A stretch of 39,474 nucleotides of DNA from a virus (IMGVR_UViG_3300011437_000016:1-39474); one strand, 5' to 3'; counted from the first letter of the stretch, positions 25,989 to 34,294 are shown. Program-made: numbers and translations. The notes: generated by a model not told the origin, from the letters alone.

Positions 25989-28103
25989 CTACATCGTCCT
26001 GCCGGCGTTGTTCTTGAGGTTCCCCGTGACCCTCGTCTGGTGTTTATCCACCGGCTCGATCCCTTGCGGGGCTTTGATCGGCTCGGGCGGCATCGGGGGC
26101 GCGGGCGGCAGCTCCATCCCGTAGAAGGTTTTTAGGTACATCGCTACGCCGACATATTGCGGACTGAGCGGGTTGAGATCGTCGCCCCGGATCGAGAACG
26201 TCGCCTTCGGCGGCTCGGGTTTCGCGGGTTCCGGTTGTTTGATCAAGGGCGCCCTATCGTGTCCGAACGCGTCACAGAGCAAACCGGCAACTTCAGCTTG
26301 GTTGAAGTACGGATTGTTCGAAACTAGATTTACGAACCTTAAAGTTTTCTCGCGTTCCTGGGCGGCATCGACGCGCACGCTGCTGTCGGGGTTGAACGTG
26401 AACAGGTAGTCGCCCGCAATCGTCGTGCGGTCCCATTGCGCGAACCGTTTCGCGCCGTCCTCGCCGACGATCTCGACCAACTCCTGATCGGTCGCGAAGA
26501 GCTGCACCAGCGAGAAGAGTTTCTTGCAGCCGCGCGCGTACTGCGTCAGCAACCGCACGCGTTCCTTCGCTTGTCTCGTTTCGGTGGCGCGCTGGATCAA
26601 GCTCGCTTCGTACGCGGTGTCGGTGTCGTCGGATCCGAGCCCCTGCTGGTTCGCGCCAGACGCCGTCAACCGGTCGATGTCGTTCTGCGTGATCTGGTCG
26701 AAGGAAAAGTTCTCGGTCGGAAAGTGCGCGATGGCGAGCGCCCGCAGATCGCTCTCGGCGATGGGGCCCTCAAATTTTATTAAGCTCTGAATTTCTCCTG
26801 ACTCCAGTTGCTCGACCGTATCGCGCGTGAGCGCGGGGCTTTTCACGTTGATGCCGCGCATCGGCATCGAGCGCCGCCGCTGCTGCACCATCTGCGAGCG
26901 GCCCAGGCTCTTCTCGTCGGCGATGTCGCGCACCACGCTGCAGTCGGACTTGGGGAACGCCGAGTTGACGCGCGAGCGCAGCGTGAAGACGTGGATCGGA
27001 TAGCCGCGCATCCCGCCGGTAAAGCGGCCCATTTTGTCGAAGCGCTGCCAGGGCGAGTTCTCGTGGACGACGACGCCCTGGCCGTTGCGTCCGCTCTTCT
27101 TCGCGAGCACGACGAGCCGCCGGATGCGCTCGGGGTTCAGCTCCGTCGCGTCGTAGAGTGCGGCGCGATACCAGATCTCGTAGCCGCAGGCCACGCTGCG
27201 CTTCTCGAGCGCATCGCGGTCGGCGGGGGCGACGAGCCGCTCGGACCAGTTCAGGTCCGAGAACGACGACGGCTCGACGCCATACCGCCGCACCAGTTCC
27301 TCGGTGTCCGCATAAAAGCGGAACGCCAACCACGGCGCGGCGTCAAAGCGGGAGCTGAGAAAGCCCACCGGGGAGAGAAAGTCGTCAGGGCTGATGCGGT
27401 TCCAGTAGTAATCGCACCAGAGTTTCTGCGGGTTCGTTTCCGTTTCCGGCTGGCCGTCTGGGCCGAGCGCGAGCGTCTCTTCGCTCTGCGGCCCGCCCGT
27501 GACCGGATCGATCAGCGGCTGGCCGCTCATCGGATCGAGCTTCGGCACCGGGGCCCCGGTCAGCGGATCGGTCACCGGTTCCATGCGGCCGGTCGGCGTC
27601 TTCACGTCCTGGGTGACGCTCTCGTAGCCGATCTTCGTCACGCCGATCCCGGCGGGCACGAGGATGTCGGAGAGTACCTCGTCCATCATCGCCACGGCGT
27701 CGATCTTGTCCTCGCCGAGGAGCGTGTCCATGATCGCCTTGACGATGGGCGCGACCGGCCGCGTCTCGGGCCGCGTGCCCTTCACCTGGAGCGCCGGCTG
27801 CTGGTGAAAGAGCTGGGGCTTCTTCTGCTCAACGGTATAAAAGCCCACATTCACCGAGATGGTGTCGTTGGCGTGGACGCCCGGGAGCGAGGGCCGGTCG
27901 CCGTCGTAGCGGCTCATGTTGGCGCGCCACGCCGGGACTTCTTCCTTCAACCGCTCGACCGCCGCGTCGATCTCGGACGACCAGAAGGCTTCCGAGCCGT
28001 AGCCCTCGTCAGGGAGGGGAATCTTTAACTCGGAGGGGGGCTCACTCGCGGTGGTGACGGCGCGATCCACGCGTTTAGACGGTTTCGTGCGGCGTTTCGC
28101 CAT
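25989..28103 (-). CDS. portal protein
   Basis: 704 aa with GIGVTKIGY, RISPDDF, YEIW and DTAYEASLIQ, downstream of the terminase genes. Confidence 0.85.
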   Translation of the reverse strand: MAKRRTKPSKRVDRAVTTASEPPSELKIPLPDEGYGSEAFWSSEIDAAVERLKEEVPAWRANMSRYDGDRPSLPGVHANDTISVNVGFYTVEQKKPQLFHQQPALQVKGTRPETRPVAPIVKAIMDTLLGEDKIDAVAMMDEVLSDILVPAGIGVTKIGYESVTQDVKTPTGRMEPVTDPLTGAPVPKLDPMSGQPLIDPVTGGPQSEETLALGPDGQPETETNPQKLWCDYYWNRISPDDFLSPVGFLSSRFDAAPWLAFRFYADTEELVRRYGVEPSSFSDLNWSERLVAPADRDALEKRSVACGYEIWYRAALYDATELNPERIRRLVVLAKKSGRNGQGVVVHENSPWQRFDKMGRFTGGMRGYPIHVFTLRSRVNSAFPKSDCSVVRDIADEKSLGRSQMVQQRRRSMPMRGINVKSPALTRDTVEQLESGEIQSLIKFEGPIAESDLRALAIAHFPTENFSFDQITQNDIDRLTASGANQQGLGSDDTDTAYEASLIQRATETRQAKERVRLLTQYARGCKKLFSLVQLFATDQELVEIVGEDGAKRFAQWDRTTIAGDYLFTFNPDSSVRVDAAQEREKTLRFVNLVSNNPYFNQAEVAGLLCDAFGHDRAPLIKQPEPAKPEPPKATFSIRGDDLNPLSPQYVGVAMYLKTFYGMELPPAPPMPPEPIKAPQGIEPVDKHQTRVTGNLKNNAGRTM

Positions 28104-28260
28104 CGCGGCGTCAACCCTCCCCGGACTCTGTCGGAGCCGCCGATTATCGACTGCGGATCCGCCGATGAACAGCGAAAATCCAGTCTATACCCCGCTGCAA
28201 GCGGGCTCGGGCGGGTGGGATTGTGGTGGGACGGAAGGGACTTAAGCGACAGACACACCA

Positions 28261-28282
28261 AAGGCCGGGTTGCCCCGGCCTT
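28261..28282 (-). terminator. intrinsic terminator after 28304-28516
   Basis: Minus-strand AAGGCCGGG-GCAA-CCCGGCCTT followed by TGGTGTGT. Confidence 0.55.
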
Positions 28283-28303
28283 CAGTGGATCGTCACGAAA
28301 GTA

Positions 28304-28516
28304 CTAGCGACCGAGAAAACGAAGGAGGACGGTGAGGATGCCGAGGTTGAGCGCGATCACGGTCCCGAGCATCCACTTGATCACGGCCATGTCACTCCGA
28401 AGCGTCGCCATCTGCTGCTCGTAGTTGGCGACTTCTTCTGCTGCCTTCTGGGCGAGTGCCGGATCAATCCCGGTGGCCGCGAACGCGTCGTGCAGTGCGC
28501 CGAGTCGGAGCGCCAT
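28304..28516 (-). CDS. small DUF1640-like coiled-coil/TM protein, paralog of 3506-3706
   Basis: MALRLGALHDAF...LAQKAAEEVANYE...IKWMLGT. Confidence 0.7.
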   Translation of the reverse strand: MALRLGALHDAFAATGIDPALAQKAAEEVANYEQQMATLRSDMAVIKWMLGTVIALNLGILTVLLRFLGR

Positions 28517-28517
28517 G

Positions 28518-28973
28518 TTAGCTACAGACGCGCGCAGCGCCGGTCCCGATGCAGATCACGCCGGTCCCGTAGTTCATGTACGTGCCGGACGAGCTGACGG
28601 TCCACAGATTGCCCTGGCTGTCAGTGCCGCGCTGCGAGCCGTCGGGCTGGATCGTCGTGCGCCAGAGGCTGCCGGTGTTCAGGTTGCTGCCGCGCACGGT
28701 CGTCGTGCCAGAGGTGTCGCGGTCCCACGAGTAGCGGTTGCCCGAGCGCCAATCGTAGGTCGAACCCGATGTCGGCTTGACCGGCTGGATCGGGGCGTAC
28801 GGCACGTAGACCGGGTAGGTCGGGACCGGCGGCGGCGTGTAGCGGTACGGGGTATAGACGTACGGTTCGTAGACAGGCGTCGGGTCCGGGCGCGTCGAGC
28901 GCCGCGACTGGGCCTGGGCGACGGACGGGGTGACGACGGCGAGGGCGATGACGACGGGGAGCCACTTGTTCAC
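28518..28973 (-). CDS. putative exported protein (signal peptide, Pro/Tyr linker, beta-hairpin repeats)
   Basis: MNKWLPVVIALAVVTPSVAQA has an AxA cleavage motif. GGAGG RBS and its own promoter. Confidence 0.7.
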   Translation of the reverse strand: MNKWLPVVIALAVVTPSVAQAQSRRSTRPDPTPVYEPYVYTPYRYTPPPVPTYPVYVPYAPIQPVKPTSGSTYDWRSGNRYSWDRDTSGTTTVRGSNLNTGSLWRTTIQPDGSQRGTDSQGNLWTVSSSGTYMNYGTGVICIGTGAARVCS

Positions 28974-29006
28974 AGGAAACCTCCAACACGGATTAACGAC
29001 CCCGTG

Positions 29007-29026
29007 AGTCTATCACGACCGCTCGT
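29007..29026 (-). promoter_or_regulatory. operator ACGAGCGGTCGT plus -10 box TAGACT
   Basis: 12-mer at 29015-29026, then 2 nt and TAGACT (29012-29007). Confidence 0.7.
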
Positions 29027-29655
29027 TAGCGAGTAGCGTAGCGCAACCCGCGCCGGATGGCGTCGATCTCGTGCCCGATGGCGTCGGGCGGCAGCGTCTT
29101 GACGATCTTCGTCGGCGGCAGCGGACGCGCCATCACCCAGTAGCGCAAGGCCGCGGCCGGATATTCATCCGTCGTAGAGTCAATGTCATCAGGCTGCTTC
29201 GCATCGGACACGAGCGTCAGGAACGTGTCGAGGAAGTAGACGCAGTCGGCATGCACCTGGAGCGAGGGCGCGTCGAAGATGCGCGGCACTTCGCGGTCGT
29301 CGTCGCGGAAGGTCCGCACGTCGAGCCACGCGCGGATCCGCGCCCACCCGTTGACGCGGTCCTTGTCGCCCGGGGTCATGTGCAGGCCACGGGCGCGGAA
29401 GGTTTCGCTCACGGTTTCGCCGCGTGAGGTTTTCGTTTTCGGAAAGATCTCCGGTTGCGCGATCACGTCGATCAGGCGCGGGATCCCCTTCTCTTTCAGG
29501 AACGCGTGGATGCGCGTGGCGGCGACATCGGGGGTGGTTTTGTAAAACGTCAGCTCGTGGCGCAGCACCGCGCGCCCATCGGTCTGCACCGCGATGAACC
29601 CCATCCAGCCGCGCGCGGCGTAACTCCAGTGGAGGGCCCCGTAGTGATGAATCAT
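29026..29655 (-). CDS. stand-alone terminase large subunit C-terminal (RNase H-like) domain, catalytically degenerate
   Basis: Retains DGR...EL, GETVSETF, DRVNGW, C..F..T...LVSD..QPDDID and ALRYWVMARP. The expected DWG, ADP and EDHxxDALRY read HWS, AQP and DEYPAAALRY. Confidence 0.75.
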   Translation of the reverse strand: MIHHYGALHWSYAARGWMGFIAVQTDGRAVLRHELTFYKTTPDVAATRIHAFLKEKGIPRLIDVIAQPEIFPKTKTSRGETVSETFRARGLHMTPGDKDRVNGWARIRAWLDVRTFRDDDREVPRIFDAPSLQVHADCVYFLDTFLTLVSDAKQPDDIDSTTDEYPAAALRYWVMARPLPPTKIVKTLPPDAIGHEIDAIRRGLRYATR

Positions 29656-29915
29656 TTTTGGTCCCGCCGCGCCCTGATGGCCCGCAACTCCACGATGTAG
29701 TCGAGGATCTCCTGTGTCTGGGAGTCAGGCATCAGCGTGATCAGGTCGAGCAGTTCCGTTTGGAGGGCCTTCGGTCGTGGGAGGTGGTCCCGCGCCCACG
29801 CCAACCACTGCTCGGGGCTGAACTCGTAATAGCCCGTCGGGCCATTGGGCGCGAGTTGCTCACCGAGCATGAGCGCGGCATCGCGCCAGTCCAAGACGGT
29901 CTTGGCGAACAACAT
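29652..29915 (-). CDS. hypothetical protein
   Basis: GGAGG RBS. Its stop overlaps the ATG of the nuclease-domain gene. Confidence 0.6.
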   Translation of the reverse strand: MLFAKTVLDWRDAALMLGEQLAPNGPTGYYEFSPEQWLAWARDHLPRPKALQTELLDLITLMPDSQTQEILDYIVELRAIRARRDQK

Positions 29916-29929
29916 GGGTCAGGCCTCCC

Positions 29930-30028
29930 TCACCACATCACCCACGTCAGGATCGCCGTCCCCGCCGCACACAGGAGGATCCAGATCACGACCGCCGGCA
30001 GCACGTACTCGCGGCCTTCGTCCTCCAT
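29930..30028 (-). CDS. 32-aa single-TM peptide
   Basis: MEDEGREYVLPAVVIWILLCAAGTAILTWVMW, with TGATG coupling and GGAGG RBS. Confidence 0.45.
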   Translation of the reverse strand: MEDEGREYVLPAVVIWILLCAAGTAILTWVMW

Positions 30029-30252
30029 CACGCCTCCCAGGCGCGGGCGCGGGCAAAGCGCAGCGGCACCTCGAACTCGTCGCCGCATTCGCGGCAGCGA
30101 TAGGTCTGCCCCGCTTTCATCTGGCGCGGCCCGTCGCCGATGATCGGCAGGATCACGCGGTGTTTGAGCGCGAGCGGCGCCATCGGATCGAGCCAGACGT
30201 GCGCGTGCGCGGTAGACCAGGAGAGGGGGTACTTGGGCAGGGTGGCAGCCAT
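30028..30252 (-). CDS. small Zn-binding hypothetical protein
   Basis: HAHVW...YRCRECG. AAGGA RBS before the ATG at 30252. Confidence 0.5.
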   Translation of the reverse strand: MAATLPKYPLSWSTAHAHVWLDPMAPLALKHRVILPIIGDGPRQMKAGQTYRCRECGDEFEVPLRFARARAWEA

Positions 30253-30378
30253 GGGACGTTCCTTCCAACCATGTCTACTGGCTCCAACCTCCAGCGACCG
30301 AGTGAACGACGCGGGGAGACGACCTACTCGAGATACTGCGGGTTCATGCGCGGCCACACCCAGAGTCGCCCGTCCTCC

Positions 30379-31485
30379 TCAGGCGGGTTCTGCGGTGGTG
30401 AGATGGATCGCCGAGTCCCAGTTCTCGAAGAACATCCCGGCGTAGATGTCCCAGGATCCAAAGCGCAGTTGCTGGTAGCGCGCCGCGGAGAGCCCACTGA
30501 GCGCGGTTTGCTCGTACGACGGGTCCAGGTACGGGTTGTCCTCAAGGGTGCAACTGATATGGCCGTATTGTGACGCATCGTATTGCGGGAAGAGATCGCG
30601 GTCGGGATTTTTTTTAATATACGCCGCGACTAAGGCCCTCATGGCTCTTCCTCCAGGGTTGCTGAAGAGCCGCGTGCGCCCGGGCGGCAGGCCCAACCGC
30701 TCGATGGCCGCCCGCGCCGTGGCCGCCCCGCGTGCGCGAGACGTGATCTGGTTAATCGCGTCAGGCAAAAACGTCACCGCCTCATCGAAGCAGACCTCCG
30801 ACCACTCTGCACCCAAATGCTGGGGGATGTCAGCGGCGACGTCGCAGTAGCCACTGAAGATCTTCGCGTCGAGCCCTTCGTCGTCGCCGTGCGAAAACGT
30901 CACCGTGCGATTTTTGTACGTCGCATCGCCGAGCGCCTTGGCTTCCGCGCCACAAAACTGCAGATGGTTCTTCTCGAGTTCGCCGTACGTGCAGCGCAGG
31001 AGCAGCGCCCGGTACCCCGGCACCAGACGGCACCGCCGGTACAAGCACCAGCGGGCGCCGACACTCTTCGACACGCCCGCCGCGCCGGCAATCAGCAGAT
31101 GCGGCACGGGCGACTCGTCGATGTCGATCTGGAGCGGCAGCGGCAGGAACAGGATCGGGCCGCTCGAGTGCCCCGCCTTCCGCATCGCGGCGGCGAGTTG
31201 GCGATCCGCGCACTCCCCTGTCGTGCAGATCCAGTGCTTCTCGTCCATTTTCCGAAACGGCTGATGGCACCACCGGCAGCGACTCACGGCGTGGACTAGG
31301 GGCCCGCGATGGACGGCCGGGGCCAGGGCGTCTCCCACGAGCGGGGGCGGCAGCGGCTCGGGCGTGGGCCGCGCGTCACGCGCCGGCCGCGCTACGGGCT
31401 CGGTGTCGAGGGCAACGGCAGAGGCGGCGCCTCGCTCGCGTTCTCGCTTGGCTTTGATGGCTTTCCAGGGGATGAACTTCGCCAT
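30379..31485 (-). CDS. terL: terminase large subunit, ATPase domain only, with N-terminal Zn finger
   Basis: Walker A-like GAAGVSKS, ALLLRCTYGEL, Walker B VCFDEA, motif III FSNPGG and DNPYL...LRFGSWD...GMFF, followed by a stop. AGGAG RBS. Confidence 0.85.
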   Translation of the reverse strand: MAKFIPWKAIKAKRERERGAASAVALDTEPVARPARDARPTPEPLPPPLVGDALAPAVHRGPLVHAVSRCRWCHQPFRKMDEKHWICTTGECADRQLAAAMRKAGHSSGPILFLPLPLQIDIDESPVPHLLIAGAAGVSKSVGARWCLYRRCRLVPGYRALLLRCTYGELEKNHLQFCGAEAKALGDATYKNRTVTFSHGDDEGLDAKIFSGYCDVAADIPQHLGAEWSEVCFDEAVTFLPDAINQITSRARGAATARAAIERLGLPPGRTRLFSNPGGRAMRALVAAYIKKNPDRDLFPQYDASQYGHISCTLEDNPYLDPSYEQTALSGLSAARYQQLRFGSWDIYAGMFFENWDSAIHLTTAEPA

Positions 31486-32288
31486 GCCTGCTCCTGCTGC
31501 ATCTCGCTCAGACGTTTTGCCACCAACGCGCGAATGTTCTTGGGTGGATCCACGACCTCCGGTGCCCACTTCGGCGCTCGACGCTGGGTAGTCGGCGGAT
31601 CAGGCGGCACTTGCGACGGCGCGGTCGGCGGCATCTCGGCCGCGCGACGGGTGACCTCGGCCAGGAGGTCGAGCGTCTCGGTGTCGGTGTGTCGGCGCAT
31701 TGGCACCTCCGGGGACGGCACGGGGCGATGGGCGACGTGACGACGGGGAGCCGAGGCTTGGGATGGGTGCATTTTCCGATGCCCAACGCAGCCGCGCAAG
31801 ATCGCGTCGATCCGCTCGACCTCGGCGACGGTCATCACCCGCAGCAGATAGCGGCTCGCGAGGGTCTTCATCGCGTCCCGAATCTCGCCCTCGTCCTGGC
31901 GGGCGTCGAGCCCGAGATACGCAATTTTTTGCAGATGCCCGTAGATGGCCGTCTCGCCGTCCGTCGCCCGCTGTTTCGGGACGATGCGTTCCGGCAACTC
32001 GGCGCGGGTGCGAACGGCGCGCAGCGCTGCTCTTTCGGGGGTGTTGATCCCGGGGGGGATTAAGGGAACGCGCGCTGGGGGGCCTGAAGCGTTTGCGTTT
32101 GGGCAAAAAAAATTGCGCCGAGGGCGGGATTTTCCGGGGCCGGTGCGATTGCAGCGGGCACGCGGACTGGGGGCGCGACGGTGCCGTCGGCGGGTCACCC
32201 CCGAGTTAAGGCCACCCAGGCGGGCGGCAGCGCGGCATTGGGCCGCGCGTTCCGGTGAGCCGTTCCGAACAACTCCCTGCAAAGACAC
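31392..32288 (-). CDS. hypothetical protein; candidate small terminase or replication initiator
   Basis: N-terminal AARLGGLNSGVTRR (KGG-like) and a helical core, upstream of terL. The start is uncertain (32288 GTG or 32282 TTG). Confidence 0.4.
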   Translation of the reverse strand: MSLQGVVRNGSPERAAQCRAAARLGGLNSGVTRRRHRRAPSPRARCNRTGPGKSRPRRNFFCPNANASGPPARVPLIPPGINTPERAALRAVRTRAELPERIVPKQRATDGETAIYGHLQKIAYLGLDARQDEGEIRDAMKTLASRYLLRVMTVAEVERIDAILRGCVGHRKMHPSQASAPRRHVAHRPVPSPEVPMRRHTDTETLDLLAEVTRRAAEMPPTAPSQVPPDPPTTQRRAPKWAPEVVDPPKNIRALVAKRLSEMQQEQAWRSSSPGKPSKPSENASEAPPLPLPSTPSP

Positions 32289-32351
32289 CCCTCCCGTCAG
32301 GACAACAACCTCAGCGTTTTTAAGGACAGCTCACGCCTGAGGTGCGAGTTG

Positions 32352-32459
32352 CGTTCCGTTCAGGGGTTGATCTAGACTGGCGTCCAACCGCACCGCGTCT
32401 AGATCGTTCCCCTAAGCGGAACGACACCGCCGTCCCAATTGTCCAGTTGGGGCGGCGGT
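32352..32459 (+). ncRNA. structured intergenic element with two long hairpins, possible antisense RNA
   Basis: CGTTCCGTT..AGGGG..GATCTAGAC / GTCTAGATC..CCCCT..AGCGGAACG (32352-32423) and ACCGCCGTCCCAAT / GTTGGGGCGGCGGT (32426-32459). G.U wobbles favour the + strand. Confidence 0.45.
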
Positions 32460-32522
32460 TCTGTTAGTGGGCGATGTTACGCCCCGTTTTCTACCCGCGT
32501 CAACCTTCCCTCCTGAAGAACC

Positions 32523-33008
32523 TCACTTTCGTGGACGTCGTCGCCGTCGCCGTCGCTGGTCGAACGGCGCGGGCGGCGGGGCGCTCGTCACCGACATCCG
32601 CTGCTTCCACGCGGCCATCGCCTCTTCGACCGCCATCGCCTCTTCGCCCTCGACCGTCGGCCCCATCTCGGCCGCGATCTCGTCGGCATACGCCATGAGA
32701 ATCCTGTGCTTCAGGTCGGCGCACGCTTGTTGATCCGCCTCGTCGTGTTCATCGATGGGCCGCACGAGGGGCCAGTTGCGCTCCTCGCGGTACACCGTGA
32801 CATACGGCCGCGAGGGGAAGGACACCGACGGCGAGTCATAGCCCACTCGCGCCTCCCAGATGCCAAACCCCACGAAGCGGATCCCTTTGAGCGGTCCCGT
32901 GATGAAGTGCAGCTCCGCGTGCGCGAGTAACTGCGGCGGGCTGTTGGGATACGGCGCTAAGAGTTCGATGATGAAGTCAGGCAGCGGCACCTCTGGTTGA
33001 TCGCTCAC
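32523..33008 (-). CDS. SpoVG-like putative nucleic-acid-binding protein
   Basis: LAHAELHF..GPLKGIRFVGFGIWE...VSFPSRPY...PLVRP. Confidence 0.55.
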   Translation of the reverse strand: MSDQPEVPLPDFIIELLAPYPNSPPQLLAHAELHFITGPLKGIRFVGFGIWEARVGYDSPSVSFPSRPYVTVYREERNWPLVRPIDEHDEADQQACADLKHRILMAYADEIAAEMGPTVEGEEAMAVEEAMAAWKQRMSVTSAPPPAPFDQRRRRRRRPRK

Positions 33009-33250
33009 GACTCCCCCACCAGCAGCGCGACGGCGTCCTCGATGACGCCCTGGATGGTTTTGTTGGGCAGCTCCGCGCCCTTCCGGCGCGACACCTCGGC
33101 GAAGATCTGCTGCCGCGTCTTCACTGAGAGCTTCAGCGTGGTGTGCCGACGCACCGGCTTCGGCGGCTTACTTTTAGCGCTTGCGCCGGTTGCTACGCTT
33201 GCGCCGAGAGGTTCAGTTGCGTAGCTATCAAGTCTCGACTTCGTTCCCAT
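33005..33250 (-). CDS. ParG-like (RHH) partition partner
   Basis: Small ORF overlapping the parA end, with a flexible N-terminus and a TTLKLS strand followed by two helices (IQGVIEDAVALL). Confidence 0.55.
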   Translation of the reverse strand: MGTKSRLDSYATEPLGASVATGASAKSKPPKPVRRHTTLKLSVKTRQQIFAEVSRRKGAELPNKTIQGVIEDAVALLVGES

Positions 33251-33873
33251 TGTTGGACTCCCTGCATCAGTGCTTCAAACTCGCCCACGCTCTTGCTCGA
33301 CGGGACGCACTCGCGCACCGTCAACCCTTGGGTATAGGCCTCGATGTTGGCTACTAGCCGCGTGATGCCGGGAAAGACCGGCACGAGGTAGCGGCCGAGG
33401 AACGTGGGGAGGTCGCGGCTGACCGCCGTGCGGTCGAGCAGCGTCGGGACAAACGCGATCTGTAGCGCGGGGTTGATCTTCTGTGCGCTCCGCAGTTCGA
33501 AGAGCGTTTCGACGGCCGAGTCGATGTCTGACGTGGACGGGCCGACCGGCACCAGCGCGAGTTGGGCGATGAGAGACGCCTCGAGCGCCGGATCGGCGAA
33601 CCCGGGCGGGCAGTCGAGCAGCACATAGTCCGCGCCGGCCGCGCCGACCGCCGCGCGAAAGGATCCGCGCAGTTGCCGGTTGATCGCCATGGTCTGCACC
33701 CGGTCGTGCAGGACGCCCTGGCCGCGCCGAGCCCAACGGGTCAGGCTCTTCTGGTCGTCGAGGTCAAACGCCACCACTGACTGTTTCGCCCGAAGCAGTT
33801 CTCCCAGCAGATTCCCGGTAATCGTCGTTTTCCCGCATCCACCCTTTTGCTGAACAATCGCCACTATCTGCAC
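33193..33873 (-). CDS. parA: ParA partition ATPase (short, type Ib)
   Basis: QKGGCGKTT, DLDDQKSL, YVLLDCPP and LVPVGPS. GTG start with AGGAGG RBS. Confidence 0.9.
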   Translation of the reverse strand: MQIVAIVQQKGGCGKTTITGNLLGELLRAKQSVVAFDLDDQKSLTRWARRGQGVLHDRVQTMAINRQLRGSFRAAVGAAGADYVLLDCPPGFADPALEASLIAQLALVPVGPSTSDIDSAVETLFELRSAQKINPALQIAFVPTLLDRTAVSRDLPTFLGRYLVPVFPGITRLVANIEAYTQGLTVRECVPSSKSVGEFEALMQGVQQWERSRDLIATQLNLSAQA

Positions 33874-34294
33874 ATGAAGACCTCCTACCGCTATAGCGGC
33901 TTGTAGTGTTGTCGGCACTTTACACTGTTTCGGATAGAGATTGACGCCACTCATACGATGAGAGCGGGTCTACCCGCCATGGGTGTGGGACGAAGGGAGG
34001 GTCGCGCGCTGGCCCTGAAGACGGCGTACCGTACCTCCCACTTCCGCTGGGAAACCATGGCGGGCCCCCCCTTGGCCGTTGACGCCGCCCGTAGGATCGA
34101 AGTCCGGGGCCGCGCCGGGGCAGAACATGCGTGGAGATTTGGCCTCTCTGCCGTGGTGCTCGGGGGAGCGAAATTGCGCCGGCCGACCCCTCTTGCACGA
34201 CGCGATACGATCAGCGCACTCCGGGTTGAACTAAGTACGACGCGCGAGTCTCTGGTTGGAGGCGATTCGCGGGTTGACAGGGAGAGCCTCCACC

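Noticed and set aside
29656-30378. Intron or intein interrupting terL
   Set aside because: The interval holds three coupled small ORFs with RBSs. I saw no group I/II intron or homing-endonuclease hallmarks, and the nuclease-domain ORF has its own coupled ATG. RT-PCR would be needed to exclude splicing fully.
33958-34240. tRNA or protein-coding gene in the parA upstream gap
   Set aside because: I recognised no cloverleaf or T-loop motif, and the ORFs here lack an RBS and plausible composition. It is likely a divergent promoter region.
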